Positions 37,358 to 47,469 of a stretch of DNA of 64,000 bases are shown here, in pieces. Position numbers and translations under genes: made by a program. The notes under the pieces are model-generated. The model saw only the letters and a program-made list of their open reading frames with translations. It did not search any database and was not told the DNA's origin. Source of the stretch: an uncultured Bdellovibrionales bacterium (lineage in GTDB: Bacteria > Patescibacteriota > Minisyncoccia > Moranbacterales > UBA1568). The stretch covers positions 25,447 through 89,446 of the forward strand of contig CAZQLN010000003.1 of NCBI GenBank assembly GCA_964594215.1, read 5' to 3'. The first letter of the stretch is position 1, and each line of letters starts with the position of its first letter.

Positions 37358-39187
37358 ATGGAAACAGAGAAAAAAGAAGAAAAAATTGGTTTTCGTGACG
37401 TCAAGAGGATTCTTGGCTGGTATTGGAAATTGACCAAGAAACACAGCAAGTGGTTCTGGCTTCTTTTGTTTTCCTATGGCACAGGCAGTTTGGTTGCTGA
37501 TGTTCTGTCAGTAGTGGTGTATAAGAAAATCATTGATGCTCTGACGGCTGGAAGTTTCGAGCAACCACTTCTCTGGCAGTACTTTTACTTATTGGTTTTA
37601 ATGAGTGTTTTTTATTTTACCCTTTTTCGTTTCGGTGAACTTTGTCTTCGTAAATACCACGTGGCCGCTTTGAAGGATTTGTCGAACTTCACATTTACTG
37701 AACTAGAAAAGCATTCGTATAATTTCTTCGCTAACCACTTTACAGGGTCTCTTACTTCTCAGTCGAGACGATTTGTAGATGGATTTGTGAATATTTCTGA
37801 AGGAATAGTTTTTGTCTATTGGATGAATCTTATTAGTGTCATAGGAATTCTTGTTGTTATAACGGTTTTTTCATGGCCTTTGGCTCTTTTTCTTTGCTTA
37901 TTTACACTCTTGATTGTTATTGCAGTCATACCGTTACTCAAAAAACGCATGAAGTATGATGCTGAAGAAGCAGAGGCTACTTCCAAGCTCACTGGGTATT
38001 TTTCTGATGTGATTACGAATGTTCTGAATGTTAAGATGTTTGCCTCGAGTACCTATGAGAAACGCAAGTTTCGTGAGATCACTGAGCTACAGGCCGAAGT
38101 AGAAGACAAGTCTTTCAAGGCCTGGAATCTGTTAGCTGCTATTCAGAATGGACTTATCGTATTGATGCGTATCATTCTCTTGGGAATAAGCCTTTATCTT
38201 TGGAGTCAGGGCAAGATAACTGCCGGTACGATTGTGCTGGCCTACTCTTACTCGCAGAGTATCTTCATGATCGCCTGGTCTTTTGTACGATCAACATCCG
38301 GTATGCTCAAGTCAGTAGCGAATGCTAAAGAGATGGTAGATATTTTTGAGCTTGAGACAGAAATTAAAGACCAAAAAAATCCTCAAGAATTGGTGGTTAC
38401 AGAAAGCAAAGTAACATTTATGAATGTAGAGTTTTCTTATCCCGAGGGAGAAAAAGTTTTTCAAGGGTTAAGTTTTACAGTTGCCCCAGGTGAACATGTA
38501 GGATTGGTTGGGCCGAGTGGTGGAGGTAAAAGTACCGTAACCAAACTCCTCTTACGTTTTGTTGAACCTACTTCCGGTACAATCAGTATCGATGGACAGG
38601 ATATTACCAAAGTACGTCAGGATGATCTTCGTACAGCGATTGCATACGTGCCTCAGGATCCAGCGCTTTTTCATCGATCTCTCCAAGAGAATATTTCTTA
38701 CGCTAAGCCAGAGGCAACTGACGCAGAAATTATCGAGGCAGCCAAAAAATCGCATGCCCATGAGTTTATAGGCAAACTCAAAGAAGGATACGATACACTA
38801 GTAGGTGAGCGTGGCGTCAAACTCTCAGGTGGCCAACGTCAGCGTATCGCTATTACACGAGCTATTCTCAAAAACGCTCCAATACTTGTCATGGATGAAG
38901 CTACGAGTGCGCTCGATACCATTAGCGAAGTAGCTATCCGAGAAGCCATCTCTGAACTTATCGAAAACAAAACAGCGATCATCATTGCTCATCGATTGAG
39001 TACGGTAGAAAAGATGGATCGGATTATTGTCCTTGGCAAAGACGGTACTATCCAAGAAGAGGGGAGTCATAGCGACCTTATCAATCGAGGAGGATTGTAT
39101 AGTACACTCTGGAATCATCAGACAGGCGGTTTTTTGCCTGAGGATGAGGATATTGAAGAAGAAACAGAGGAAAGTATCGGAGCCTAG
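37358..39187 (+). CDS. ABC transporter, fused permease/ATPase (type I exporter, MsbA-like)
   Basis: 6-TM N-terminal half; Walker A GPSGGGKST, signature LSGGQRQRIAITRAI, Walker B ILVMDEATSALD. Confidence 0.85.
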   Translation: METEKKEEKIGFRDVKRILGWYWKLTKKHSKWFWLLLFSYGTGSLVADVLSVVVYKKIIDALTAGSFEQPLLWQYFYLLVLMSVFYFTLFRFGELCLRKYHVAALKDLSNFTFTELEKHSYNFFANHFTGSLTSQSRRFVDGFVNISEGIVFVYWMNLISVIGILVVITVFSWPLALFLCLFTLLIVIAVIPLLKKRMKYDAEEAEATSKLTGYFSDVITNVLNVKMFASSTYEKRKFREITELQAEVEDKSFKAWNLLAAIQNGLIVLMRIILLGISLYLWSQGKITAGTIVLAYSYSQSIFMIAWSFVRSTSGMLKSVANAKEMVDIFELETEIKDQKNPQELVVTESKVTFMNVEFSYPEGEKVFQGLSFTVAPGEHVGLVGPSGGGKSTVTKLLLRFVEPTSGTISIDGQDITKVRQDDLRTAIAYVPQDPALFHRSLQENISYAKPEATDAEIIEAAKKSHAHEFIGKLKEGYDTLVGERGVKLSGGQRQRIAITRAILKNAPILVMDEATSALDTISEVAIREAISELIENKTAIIIAHRLSTVEKMDRIIVLGKDGTIQEEGSHSDLINRGGLYSTLWNHQTGGFLPEDEDIEEETEESIGA

Positions 39188-39247
39188 ATAAAATGTCCAA
39201 AATACGCTACAATGGGGTATCTTAGCGAGATATCCTTTTTATTTACT

Positions 39248-40345
39248 ATGTCATCTATTGAACGAGCCATCCATTTTTTTCAAAAAAGCTTAATAGAGCG
39301 ATTTTTCAGCAATCTTTCGCAGGATATTGGTATTGATCTAGGAACAGCTAATACCTTGGTATATGTCAAAGGTAAGGGTATTGTCATCAATGAACCATCG
39401 GTAGTAGCCGTCAATCAGCGAACCGGACAAATCCTAGCTATCGGTAAGGAGGCTAAAAAAATGGTTGGTAAAACTCCGAGCCATATCGTCGCTACGAGAC
39501 CTCTTGTAGATGGAGTTATCAGTGACTTTGAGATTACTCAGCAGATGCTCCGGTATTTTATTAACAAGGTGCAGCAAGAAAGCTTATCTTTTATTCGTCG
39601 ACCACGAGTACTCATCGGTATTCCTTCGGGTGTGACAGAGGTGGAAAAACGCGCTGTGATCGAAGCGGCTTTGGCCGCTGGCGCTCGCCAAGCCTTTCTT
39701 ATCGATGAACCAATGGCTGCAGCTATCGGTGCCCGTCTTCCAGTTATTGATGCCACCGGGAATATGGTGGTCGATATCGGAGGGGGTACGACTGAGATTG
39801 CTGTCATTTCTCTTGGAGGAGTAGTTCTCTCGAGGAGTCTCCGTATTGCGGGTGATGAAATGAATGAAGACATCGTACGCTACTGTCGTGATGAGTTTAA
39901 TATTCTTATCGGTGAACGCACAGCCGAAGAGATCAAGATTGCCATAGGTAGTGCCTATCCACAGAAAGAAAAACTGACGTACGCTATTCGTGGACGTGAC
40001 TTGGTCTCAGGTCTTCCGAAGGAAATTGTAGCGACTGATGAGCATGTGCGAGAAGGACTTTCTCGTTCCATTCGTATCATCGTCAATAGTATCAAGACTA
40101 TCATCGAAGAAACTCCACCAGAATTAATTTCAGATATTATGCATCGAGGTATTATTCTTGCAGGTGGAGGAAGTCTCATTCGAGGACTAGACCGTTTGAT
40201 CGCTAACCAAACCGGTATTCCAGTGCGACTCATGGAAGATCCACTGACAGCGGTAGTGCGGGGTACGGGTATCGTACTTGATGATATGGAGCACCTCAAA
40301 GAAGTTCTTATCGAAGAAGAGGCTGGCCGACCACTTGGGTCTTAA
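39248..40345 (+). CDS. mreB: rod-shape-determining protein MreB (start ambiguous: ATG 39248, or track start 39212)
   Basis: DIGIDLGTANTLVYVKGKGIVINEPSVVA…, GGGTTEIAVISLGG, actin-like ATPase motifs. Confidence 0.9.
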   Translation: MSSIERAIHFFQKSLIERFFSNLSQDIGIDLGTANTLVYVKGKGIVINEPSVVAVNQRTGQILAIGKEAKKMVGKTPSHIVATRPLVDGVISDFEITQQMLRYFINKVQQESLSFIRRPRVLIGIPSGVTEVEKRAVIEAALAAGARQAFLIDEPMAAAIGARLPVIDATGNMVVDIGGGTTEIAVISLGGVVLSRSLRIAGDEMNEDIVRYCRDEFNILIGERTAEEIKIAIGSAYPQKEKLTYAIRGRDLVSGLPKEIVATDEHVREGLSRSIRIIVNSIKTIIEETPPELISDIMHRGIILAGGGSLIRGLDRLIANQTGIPVRLMEDPLTAVVRGTGIVLDDMEHLKEVLIEEEAGRPLGS

Positions 40346-40356
40346 ATACTATCCTT

Positions 40357-41175
40357 ATGGGAGAGCGAAGAAATTTTCTCCAATCAAAATTTTTCTGGGC
40401 ATTGTTTGTTAGTGCTTGTCTAGGAGTGACTATTTGGTGGCAACCATTTTTCATTACACGTCCAATCAAAATTATAGGTACCAGTGTGCTTTGGCCAGTA
40501 CAGAGCTTTTTTGCGCCGGTGGCTTTTGAGCTTCAGGATATGAAAGTGTTTTTCCAAAGTATTGGTGAATACAAACGCGCTAACGAAAACCTTCAAAAAG
40601 AGAAGCTGGTTTTGGAAACCGAAAACGCTCGCTTGCGTGACATGGCCGCAGAGAACAAGGACCTACGGAAACAACTCGAACTCCTCCCGCGAGGAACGTA
40701 TGATCTCAAGAGCGCTACGGTCATTGGGAGAGATGTTTCCGGTCTTGGTAATTGGATTCATATTAATCAGGGGAGTGACTCGGGTATCAAACCGGGGATG
40801 GCGGTTATTGTCGAGGCAGGGGTTTTGGTAGGACGAGTCGATGAAGTATTTCCTCTTACTTCTCGAGTAGAACTTCTCTCTAGGGCGGAGAGTATCGTCA
40901 ATGCTGTCACCCTTGATACCAACGCTGAGGGGGTAGTCAAGGGAGAGCATGGGCTTGGTATAGTCTATGATATGGTGCTTCAATCTGATCAGCTCAAAAA
41001 CGGAGACACGGTAGTCACTTCTGGTTTGGGTCAGGTTATCCCGAAAGGACTACTCATAGGAACCCTCCAAGACGTACGCCTGACCGATGATAAGTTATTC
41101 CAACGAGCTACCATCCAATCGCCAGTACGTTTTGATCGTCTTCGTAATGTATTTGTCATTAGAGGAGAAAAATAA
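40357..41175 (+). CDS. mreC: rod-shape-determining protein MreC
   Basis: N-terminal TM, coiled coil (ENARLRDMAAENKDLRKQLELL), C-terminal beta domain; follows mreB. Confidence 0.8.
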   Translation: MGERRNFLQSKFFWALFVSACLGVTIWWQPFFITRPIKIIGTSVLWPVQSFFAPVAFELQDMKVFFQSIGEYKRANENLQKEKLVLETENARLRDMAAENKDLRKQLELLPRGTYDLKSATVIGRDVSGLGNWIHINQGSDSGIKPGMAVIVEAGVLVGRVDEVFPLTSRVELLSRAESIVNAVTLDTNAEGVVKGEHGLGIVYDMVLQSDQLKNGDTVVTSGLGQVIPKGLLIGTLQDVRLTDDKLFQRATIQSPVRFDRLRNVFVIRGEK

Positions 41176-41690
41176 TGAAAGTAGCACTCTATCATAGTCT
41201 GTTATTCATTTTCCTACTTGCCGTGCAAATTTCTTTTTTGGATGTGTTGTTTCCTGATTTCCTAGTTCCTCTGATCATTCTCTCAGCGGTAGTTGTCTGG
41301 ACAGTGGGTCTCGGTTTTCGACAGGCTCTTTGGTATCTATTACCACTGCTTATCCTGTATGAAGTACTGGTAGTTGGAGGAATCCACTTGCTCAGTATTT
41401 ATGGAGTACTCTTGGCCTATGGGACGAGCTTTCTTTCTCGCCGAATGCTTATCGAAAACAGTATCCTCGCTTCTCTTTTTTATGCTCTCGGCATTATCAG
41501 TTCAGCTTGTTTGTATCAATGGATAACTCAGGAAGGCTTTCATAAGGCGTGGTCACTACCTTCTTTTACAAGTATTCTTTTTCAAATCTTGGTTGCCATT
41601 CCAGTGTTTCTTTTGACCAGGAAAATCCTTTTTGCCTTTCAGGCTCGTATGGATACACTGCGTTCTGATAGAGCTTTGATGATTCGTTAG
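41175..41690 (+). CDS. mreD: rod-shape-determining protein MreD (polytopic membrane protein)
   Basis: 171-aa, 5-TM protein in the conserved mreBCD position; start overlaps the mreC stop. Confidence 0.6.
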   Translation: MKVALYHSLLFIFLLAVQISFLDVLFPDFLVPLIILSAVVVWTVGLGFRQALWYLLPLLILYEVLVVGGIHLLSIYGVLLAYGTSFLSRRMLIENSILASLFYALGIISSACLYQWITQEGFHKAWSLPSFTSILFQILVAIPVFLLTRKILFAFQARMDTLRSDRALMIR

Positions 41691-41694
41691 TCTT

Positions 41695-43590
41695 ATGAAA
41701 CTATTTCGTCAAAAATATAGAGTAGGAAGAGATACGGAACATGAAATAGATGATGCCGTATTGACTGTGACTCAGCCAGATACTGCCAAACTTGAACAAC
41801 CTCTTGAGCGTGCCTCACTCTCATTTTTTTGGATTGTCGCTTGCTTAGCTCTCGTTCTTCTCGTATCCAAAGTCTTTGCTCTGACTGTGGTAGAGGGCGA
41901 GAAGTATCAACTTGCTTCCACTCAGAATAGTTTGCGAGCCCTCGTTATCCCAGCTCCAAGAGGTACCATTTTCGATCGTTTTGGGAAACCTCTTGTCTAC
42001 AATGTGCCAAGTATTGATCTGGTAGCGGTAGCGGCTGATCTACCAACAGAAGAAAACGAGCGAACCGCTCTCAAAGAACGCCTACAGAAAGAGTTTGGTA
42101 TTGAACGATCATTTCTCGACCAAACCTTTGATTTACTACCACCTCAATCCAACCAAGGAGCTCCAATCAAAGAACAGCTCACCCAAGAGGAAACCCTTCG
42201 CTTTTTAGGTAAACGTGATCAATATGCTGGTATCAGTTTGTATAAAACGACGCATCGCGACTATGTCGATAGCGCTATCTTTGCTCACCTGATGGGCTAT
42301 GAAGGTAAAATCAAGCCCGAGGAATTGGAAGAACATCCAGATTATCTTCTCACAGATTCCATCGGTAAGCAGGGGATCGAGAAAAGTTACGAAGCAGTAC
42401 TTCGTGGTAAGCATGGTTATCAGCAAGCAGAAGTAGATGCTCTCGGTCATGTGAAGCGAGAACTGGGTGTCATTAACCCAATAGCTGGAAATGACTTAGT
42501 ACTTAATATTGATGCGGATCTTCAGAAAAAAATTTATGACAGTCTTGAAGCAACACTTGTCAAAGCAGGCGCCAACAAGGCAGCAGCTATCGCTATCGAT
42601 CCACGTAATGGCGCTGTGCGAGCAGTAGTTAGTCTACCAAGTTTTGACAATAATCTTTTTGCTACCGGTATTGGTCAGGAGGATTATCAGAAACTCTCAA
42701 ACGATGAATCAAAACCATTATTCAATCGAGCTCTGAGTGGCGAGTATCCACCAGGTTCGACTATCAAACCAGTTCTAGCGTCTGCCGCTTTGAGTGAAGG
42801 CGTTGTTACTCCTGAGCAAGAAATAGAGAGTCGAGGTGGTATCCAGGTGGGAAATTTTTTCTTTGGTGACTGGAAAGCTCATGGTTTCACGGATATCAGA
42901 CGCGCCATCGCAGTTTCTAGCGATGTGTATTTCTATACGGTTGGCGGAGGCTATGGCGGTGTCGGCGGACTCGGTATTGAACGGATGAAAAAATATGAGA
43001 ATCTTTTTGGGTATGGAGAAATTACTGGTATCGATTTTCCGAGCGAGGGCAATGGTTTTATTCCGAGTCCTGAATGGAAGAAAAACAAGATAGGGGAGCG
43101 CTGGTATATCGGAGATGATTATAACTCTTCTATTGGTCAGGGTTATATCACCGCTACGCCACTACAAATCCTCAATTCGATTGCTACCATTGCTAATGGA
43201 GGGACGCTCTATGCGCCTCGTATTGGAAGTTCGATCAAGTCAGCTGATGATAAGATTACTTCAATTGAGAGTCAGATTATTCGCAAGGATTTTATTCGTC
43301 CCGATATCTTACAAATAGTGCGTGAAGGTATGCGAGAAACCGTGACTGAGGGCACTGCTCAGAGCCTCAAAGATTTGCCGGTAGAAGTGGCTGGTAAGAC
43401 GGGTACTGCCCAGTTTGGAGCGGATCACAAGACCCACGGCTGGTTTGTCTCATTTGCACCGTATAATAACCCCGAATTGGCCCTTATAGTCCTCGTAGAG
43501 GGCCAAGGAACCGAGGAGACCTATAATGCTGTTCCTGTGACCAAAGAGGTCTATCAGTGGTATTTTGAGCGTGATAAAGAGAATAGGTAA
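41695..43590 (+). CDS. mrdA: penicillin-binding protein 2 (class B transpeptidase)
   Basis: N-terminal TM and dimerisation domain; SxxK (STIKP), SxN-like (SSD), KTG (KTGTA) motifs. Confidence 0.85.
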   Translation: MKLFRQKYRVGRDTEHEIDDAVLTVTQPDTAKLEQPLERASLSFFWIVACLALVLLVSKVFALTVVEGEKYQLASTQNSLRALVIPAPRGTIFDRFGKPLVYNVPSIDLVAVAADLPTEENERTALKERLQKEFGIERSFLDQTFDLLPPQSNQGAPIKEQLTQEETLRFLGKRDQYAGISLYKTTHRDYVDSAIFAHLMGYEGKIKPEELEEHPDYLLTDSIGKQGIEKSYEAVLRGKHGYQQAEVDALGHVKRELGVINPIAGNDLVLNIDADLQKKIYDSLEATLVKAGANKAAAIAIDPRNGAVRAVVSLPSFDNNLFATGIGQEDYQKLSNDESKPLFNRALSGEYPPGSTIKPVLASAALSEGVVTPEQEIESRGGIQVGNFFFGDWKAHGFTDIRRAIAVSSDVYFYTVGGGYGGVGGLGIERMKKYENLFGYGEITGIDFPSEGNGFIPSPEWKKNKIGERWYIGDDYNSSIGQGYITATPLQILNSIATIANGGTLYAPRIGSSIKSADDKITSIESQIIRKDFIRPDILQIVREGMRETVTEGTAQSLKDLPVEVAGKTGTAQFGADHKTHGWFVSFAPYNNPELALIVLVEGQGTEETYNAVPVTKEVYQWYFERDKENR

Positions 43591-43735
43591 GGGAGGCTTC
43601 AAGCCTTAAAATAGAGACTTTAGAGCCTCTTGACAGAGTGAGTCCAAAAGTATACTATTCAGTACAAACTTGAGACATCTTCACTCTTTTTAGAGCGGAG
43701 TTTTCTTTTTTAGTCTAATTGCCAAGTATAAAAAA

Positions 43736-44191
43736 ATGAGCAAGATATTTACTGCCGAAGGTTTGAAAAAACTTCAAGAAGAACTGGAGGATCGTAAGGT
43801 GCGTATGCGCCAAGAAATAGCACAGTCTATCAAGGAAGCCAAGGAACAGGGCGATCTTTCTGAAAATGCTGAATACACTGAGGCAAAGCGTAGTCAAAAT
43901 GAAAATGAAAGCCGTATCGCAGAGATTGAGGCATTGCTGAAAGATTCTGTAGTGGCCGCTAAACACCGCAAGAGTAGTCATGTCGAGATCGGCTCTACTG
44001 TGGTTGTGAAGTTTCATGGTAAAGAAATGACCTTTGAAATCGTTGGTTCGAATGAAGTAGACCCAAGCAAGGGTCGTATATCTCACGAATCACCACTTGG
44101 TGGAGAGTTCATGGGCAAACAGAAGGGTGATAAGGTAGAGATCCAAGCCCCAGCAGGCAAGGTCAAATACGAAATTGTTTCTGTAGCGTAA
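43736..44191 (+). CDS. greA: transcription elongation factor GreA
   Basis: N-terminal coiled coil with acidic tip (…EAKEQGDLSENAEYTEAK…), C-terminal FKBP-like domain; 151 aa. Confidence 0.85.
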   Translation: MSKIFTAEGLKKLQEELEDRKVRMRQEIAQSIKEAKEQGDLSENAEYTEAKRSQNENESRIAEIEALLKDSVVAAKHRKSSHVEIGSTVVVKFHGKEMTFEIVGSNEVDPSKGRISHESPLGGEFMGKQKGDKVEIQAPAGKVKYEIVSVA

Positions 44192-44212
44192 GCCCTCTAC
44201 ATTCTAGGAAAA

Positions 44213-44247
44213 AGACCGGACTCACTCAGGAGCCGGTCTTTGCTTTT
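44213..44247 (+). terminator. intrinsic terminator after greA
   Basis: gaccgg(a)ctc-actcag-gagccggtc hairpin followed by a U-rich tract (tttgcttttctc). Confidence 0.5.
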
Positions 44248-44267
44248 CTCTTGAAAATGCCTATAAT
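44240..44267 (+). promoter_or_regulatory. putative promoter TTGCTT-N16-TATAAT for lysS (short or leaderless 5' UTR)
   Basis: -10 TATAAT at 44262-44267; ATG at 44281. Confidence 0.3.
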
Positions 44268-44280
44268 AAGCATATTGCTT

Positions 44281-45747
44281 ATGGCTGAAGATTTACGAGA
44301 AGATATTATTGCGACCAAAAACCAGAAATTAGAAACCCTTTCTAAGGCTTTTTCGGTTGTTTATCCTGAGAAAAATCATCGCACCCATACCAACCAGCAA
44401 GCCCTTGATGGTTTCGATGAATTTACGAAGAATGGGGAAGTACTTATCTTAGTTGGACGCGTGCGCTCATTGCGTATTATCGGCAAGATCGGCTTTGCCC
44501 ATATTGAAGATGGAGATGCTAAGATTCAAGTTTTTCTTAATTTACAGGTTTTGGGTGATGAAAAGTTCAAACTTTTTGTTGATACTATTGAAACAGGGGA
44601 TTTTATAGAAGTAACAGGGAAGCTCTTTCTGACTAAAAAAGAAGAAAAAACTCTCGAAGTAGCCGATTGGACTATTCTGGGTAAGTCTATGCGGCCTATC
44701 CCGACGGAATTCTACGGATTGAAAGATGAAGAAGAGTTATTGCGTCGCCGCTATCTTGATTTGTTGGCTAACCCAGAAACACGAGAACTGTTTCGTAAGA
44801 AAAATATTTTTTGGCAAACAGTACGGAATACACTGGTAGATGAGGGTTTCTTAGAGGTACAGACGCCTGTTCTTGAGCATGTGCCCGGTGGCGCTGATGC
44901 TGAGCCTTTTATTACTCATCACAATGCTTTGGATCAAGATTTTTACTTACGTATTTCTCTTGAACTTCATCTAAAAAGATTGTTAGTCGGTGGGTATGAA
45001 AAGGTATTCGAGATCGGACGTCTGTTTCGTAATGAAGGTATCGACAGAGAGCATCTCCAAGAATACGATGATGTTGAATTTTATTGGGCTTATGGAGATC
45101 TAGATAAAGGAATAGCGCTCACCGAAAAGATGATTAAGGCCATCGTATTCAACGTGACTGGTGGTTATGAAACTATTTTTGAGGGTGAAACTATTGATTG
45201 GGGTCAAGATTATCCTCGGATAGACTATTTTGTGGAATTTGAAAAAGAAACTGGTATTAATCTTTCAGATGAGGTTTCTGTCAAAGACTTGAAAGCAAAA
45301 GCTGATGAGCTTGGTATTAAGTACGAAGATTCTTATGGCAAGGGAAGGATGATTGACACTATTTACAAGAGGACTGTCCGTCAACGATTGATCCAGCCTT
45401 GTATCCTTGTAGGACACCCTATTGAAGTATCGCCACTCTCCAAGACGGATCCAGCAAATCCGAAAAAGGTTTTGCGAGCACAGTTAGTGGCCGTCAAAAG
45501 TGAATTGACGAATTCTTTCGCAGAGCTCAATGATCCAATGGAACAACGGCGTCGTTTTGAGGAGCAGATGAAGCTACGAGAAGATGGTGATAATGAAGCT
45601 CAAATGATTGATGAGGATTTCTTACAAGCACTCGAGTACGGTATGCCACCAGCCTTTGGTTTTGGTATGAGCGAAAGACTTTTCGCCATTCTGATGGATC
45701 GCTCTATTCGAGAAACGGTTATTTTCCCACCGATGAAGAGTAGATAA
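44281..45747 (+). CDS. lysS: lysine--tRNA ligase (class II)
   Basis: OB anticodon-binding domain, class II motifs (…FRNEGIDREHLQEYDDVEFYWAY…, …GFGMSERLFAILMD…). ATG 44281 preferred over the track start 44251 (TTG). Confidence 0.85.
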   Translation: MAEDLREDIIATKNQKLETLSKAFSVVYPEKNHRTHTNQQALDGFDEFTKNGEVLILVGRVRSLRIIGKIGFAHIEDGDAKIQVFLNLQVLGDEKFKLFVDTIETGDFIEVTGKLFLTKKEEKTLEVADWTILGKSMRPIPTEFYGLKDEEELLRRRYLDLLANPETRELFRKKNIFWQTVRNTLVDEGFLEVQTPVLEHVPGGADAEPFITHHNALDQDFYLRISLELHLKRLLVGGYEKVFEIGRLFRNEGIDREHLQEYDDVEFYWAYGDLDKGIALTEKMIKAIVFNVTGGYETIFEGETIDWGQDYPRIDYFVEFEKETGINLSDEVSVKDLKAKADELGIKYEDSYGKGRMIDTIYKRTVRQRLIQPCILVGHPIEVSPLSKTDPANPKKVLRAQLVAVKSELTNSFAELNDPMEQRRRFEEQMKLREDGDNEAQMIDEDFLQALEYGMPPAFGFGMSERLFAILMDRSIRETVIFPPMKSR

Positions 45748-45771
45748 GATAATTTTGTAAACCACAAACTT

Positions 45772-46293
45772 ATGACTCAAAAAGAATACCAGATGGAGGA
45801 GCAAATCAAGCGATGGAATATCGTAGCCATTGGGATTTTTGTCATTCTTACGCTGCTAGCAATACGTTGTCTTGATGTTCGTGATATACAATTGCAATAC
45901 CTTTCACTAGGTGACTTCATGATACTCGCCCTGGCTATCATGCGGGTTATTCGTCTCATAGCTTATGATAATATCACCCTTTTTCTTCGCGAAGCCTTTC
46001 TTGATGTCAAAACGGTTCGTTATGCAGAAGAAGGGGAAGAATTTATCGAGCGAGTCCCTTCTGAAAATTCTCTCAAGCGTACCATATCAAAACTACTCAA
46101 CTGTCCATGGTGTCTAGGCGTCTGGGTGGCCTTGTTTGTTCTTTATTTTGCCCTTGTGTACCCAAGTCTTTGGATTATCTTTGTCTTACTCGCTCTCTCA
46201 GGAGTGGCAAGTCTGATCCAGATAGCAGCCAATCTTATGGGCTGGAATGCGGAGTACCGTAAGATAGCGACTGAAAAAACCATTAGTATGTAG
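45772..46293 (+). CDS. hypothetical membrane protein with CPWCxGxW motif (DUF1360-like, low confidence)
   Basis: NCPWCLGVWVALFVLYF… within TM helices. Confidence 0.5.
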   Translation: MTQKEYQMEEQIKRWNIVAIGIFVILTLLAIRCLDVRDIQLQYLSLGDFMILALAIMRVIRLIAYDNITLFLREAFLDVKTVRYAEEGEEFIERVPSENSLKRTISKLLNCPWCLGVWVALFVLYFALVYPSLWIIFVLLALSGVASLIQIAANLMGWNAEYRKIATEKTISM

Positions 46294-46299
46294 TAAGAT

Positions 46300-47466
46300 A
46301 TGCCAAGTTTTGAACGACCAAGGCTGACTGAAGTCATACCTATAAATGAAGAGGGTATCAGTAAATTAAGAGATACCTTTGAAAACTATTTTTCTCAAAT
46401 AAACAGTGAGACCGGAGTAAGCGTATTTTTGGAGGCTGTAAAAGAAGTTAACTCAATTGAGATAAGTGCTAAGAATCAAGAGTACGTTAAAGGATGGCTT
46501 GCTCAAATCCTTGAGAAGTCTTACTATTTAGCATTTATAGCTGGTATATCTACAGAAGTCTTTTCTAAGGAACTTCAAACAGGTTTAACTTTAGTGCCAA
46601 TAATTCCTGACTATCTGAATGAAAGTCACGAAAGAGAGCTCAAAAGAGAGCCTGCTTTTATGGAGAGTATAGAGGGCACCCTAGAAAGATTTTCATATAT
46701 TGAAAAGTTGCCACAGATATTTAGAAAAAAAGTGCAAGCTATAATAATAGGAGGATCAATGAGTTACGGACCATTTTTTAATATTCGAAAGAATTTAGAC
46801 AAAACAGGAAGTTCAGATATTGATGCTATCTTTGTGATGAAAGAAGATTTTTTGGATGACGATAACTGGGAATTATTTAACACTTCTTCTCAATTCTTTG
46901 AAGAAGATAAAATCGAATTTCAAAAAAGAAAAAAAGATTTTAAAACACTCTACGTGCAAAATCAGGCAGATGTATTTAGTCAACGCTTCAATGTTCCGGG
47001 ACGTGATTTTAATATGAGCGTACATTTCTTTACTCTTGAGAATCTTGAGAAGATGTGCAATTCTGAACTCAAGGATGATTTAAAGTTGAATCTTGATAGG
47101 GTTAAAATTTTAAGAGATTTTAAGGCTAGAAAATTTGAACACAAAGATTGCAATCAGTTAAACTTTTTTGGAGAAATATTTTCATACCCCATTCCAGAAC
47201 AGAAGCCAGTTGATGGTGGGTACATTGCAAATTTACCCAGTTACATGATTAGGGGAGGTCATCTGTATCCAGGAATCTATCAGAATATAATATCACCAGA
47301 ATTTTCAGTCTTTTGTGATAATGGAGGAGAGGTGGGAGATTTGGTAAAGGTCTTTCAACAAAATATTCAAAATAGACTTGATGATGAAAATAATGTAAAA
47401 GAGGGAGCTGGTTCTATAAAGGAATCTCACTTCAGAAACCATTTTTTTGCTTTAGGAAGATACTAA
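46300..47466 (+). CDS. pol-beta-superfamily nucleotidyltransferase-fold protein of unknown specificity
   Basis: IIGGSMSYGPFFNIRKNLDKTGSSDIDAIFV matches hG[GS]-x(n)-DhDh; third acidic cluster FLDDDNWE; about 140-aa N-terminal extension. Confidence 0.5.
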   Translation: MPSFERPRLTEVIPINEEGISKLRDTFENYFSQINSETGVSVFLEAVKEVNSIEISAKNQEYVKGWLAQILEKSYYLAFIAGISTEVFSKELQTGLTLVPIIPDYLNESHERELKREPAFMESIEGTLERFSYIEKLPQIFRKKVQAIIIGGSMSYGPFFNIRKNLDKTGSSDIDAIFVMKEDFLDDDNWELFNTSSQFFEEDKIEFQKRKKDFKTLYVQNQADVFSQRFNVPGRDFNMSVHFFTLENLEKMCNSELKDDLKLNLDRVKILRDFKARKFEHKDCNQLNFFGEIFSYPIPEQKPVDGGYIANLPSYMIRGGHLYPGIYQNIISPEFSVFCDNGGEVGDLVKVFQQNIQNRLDDENNVKEGAGSIKESHFRNHFFALGRY

Positions 47467-47469
47467 AAA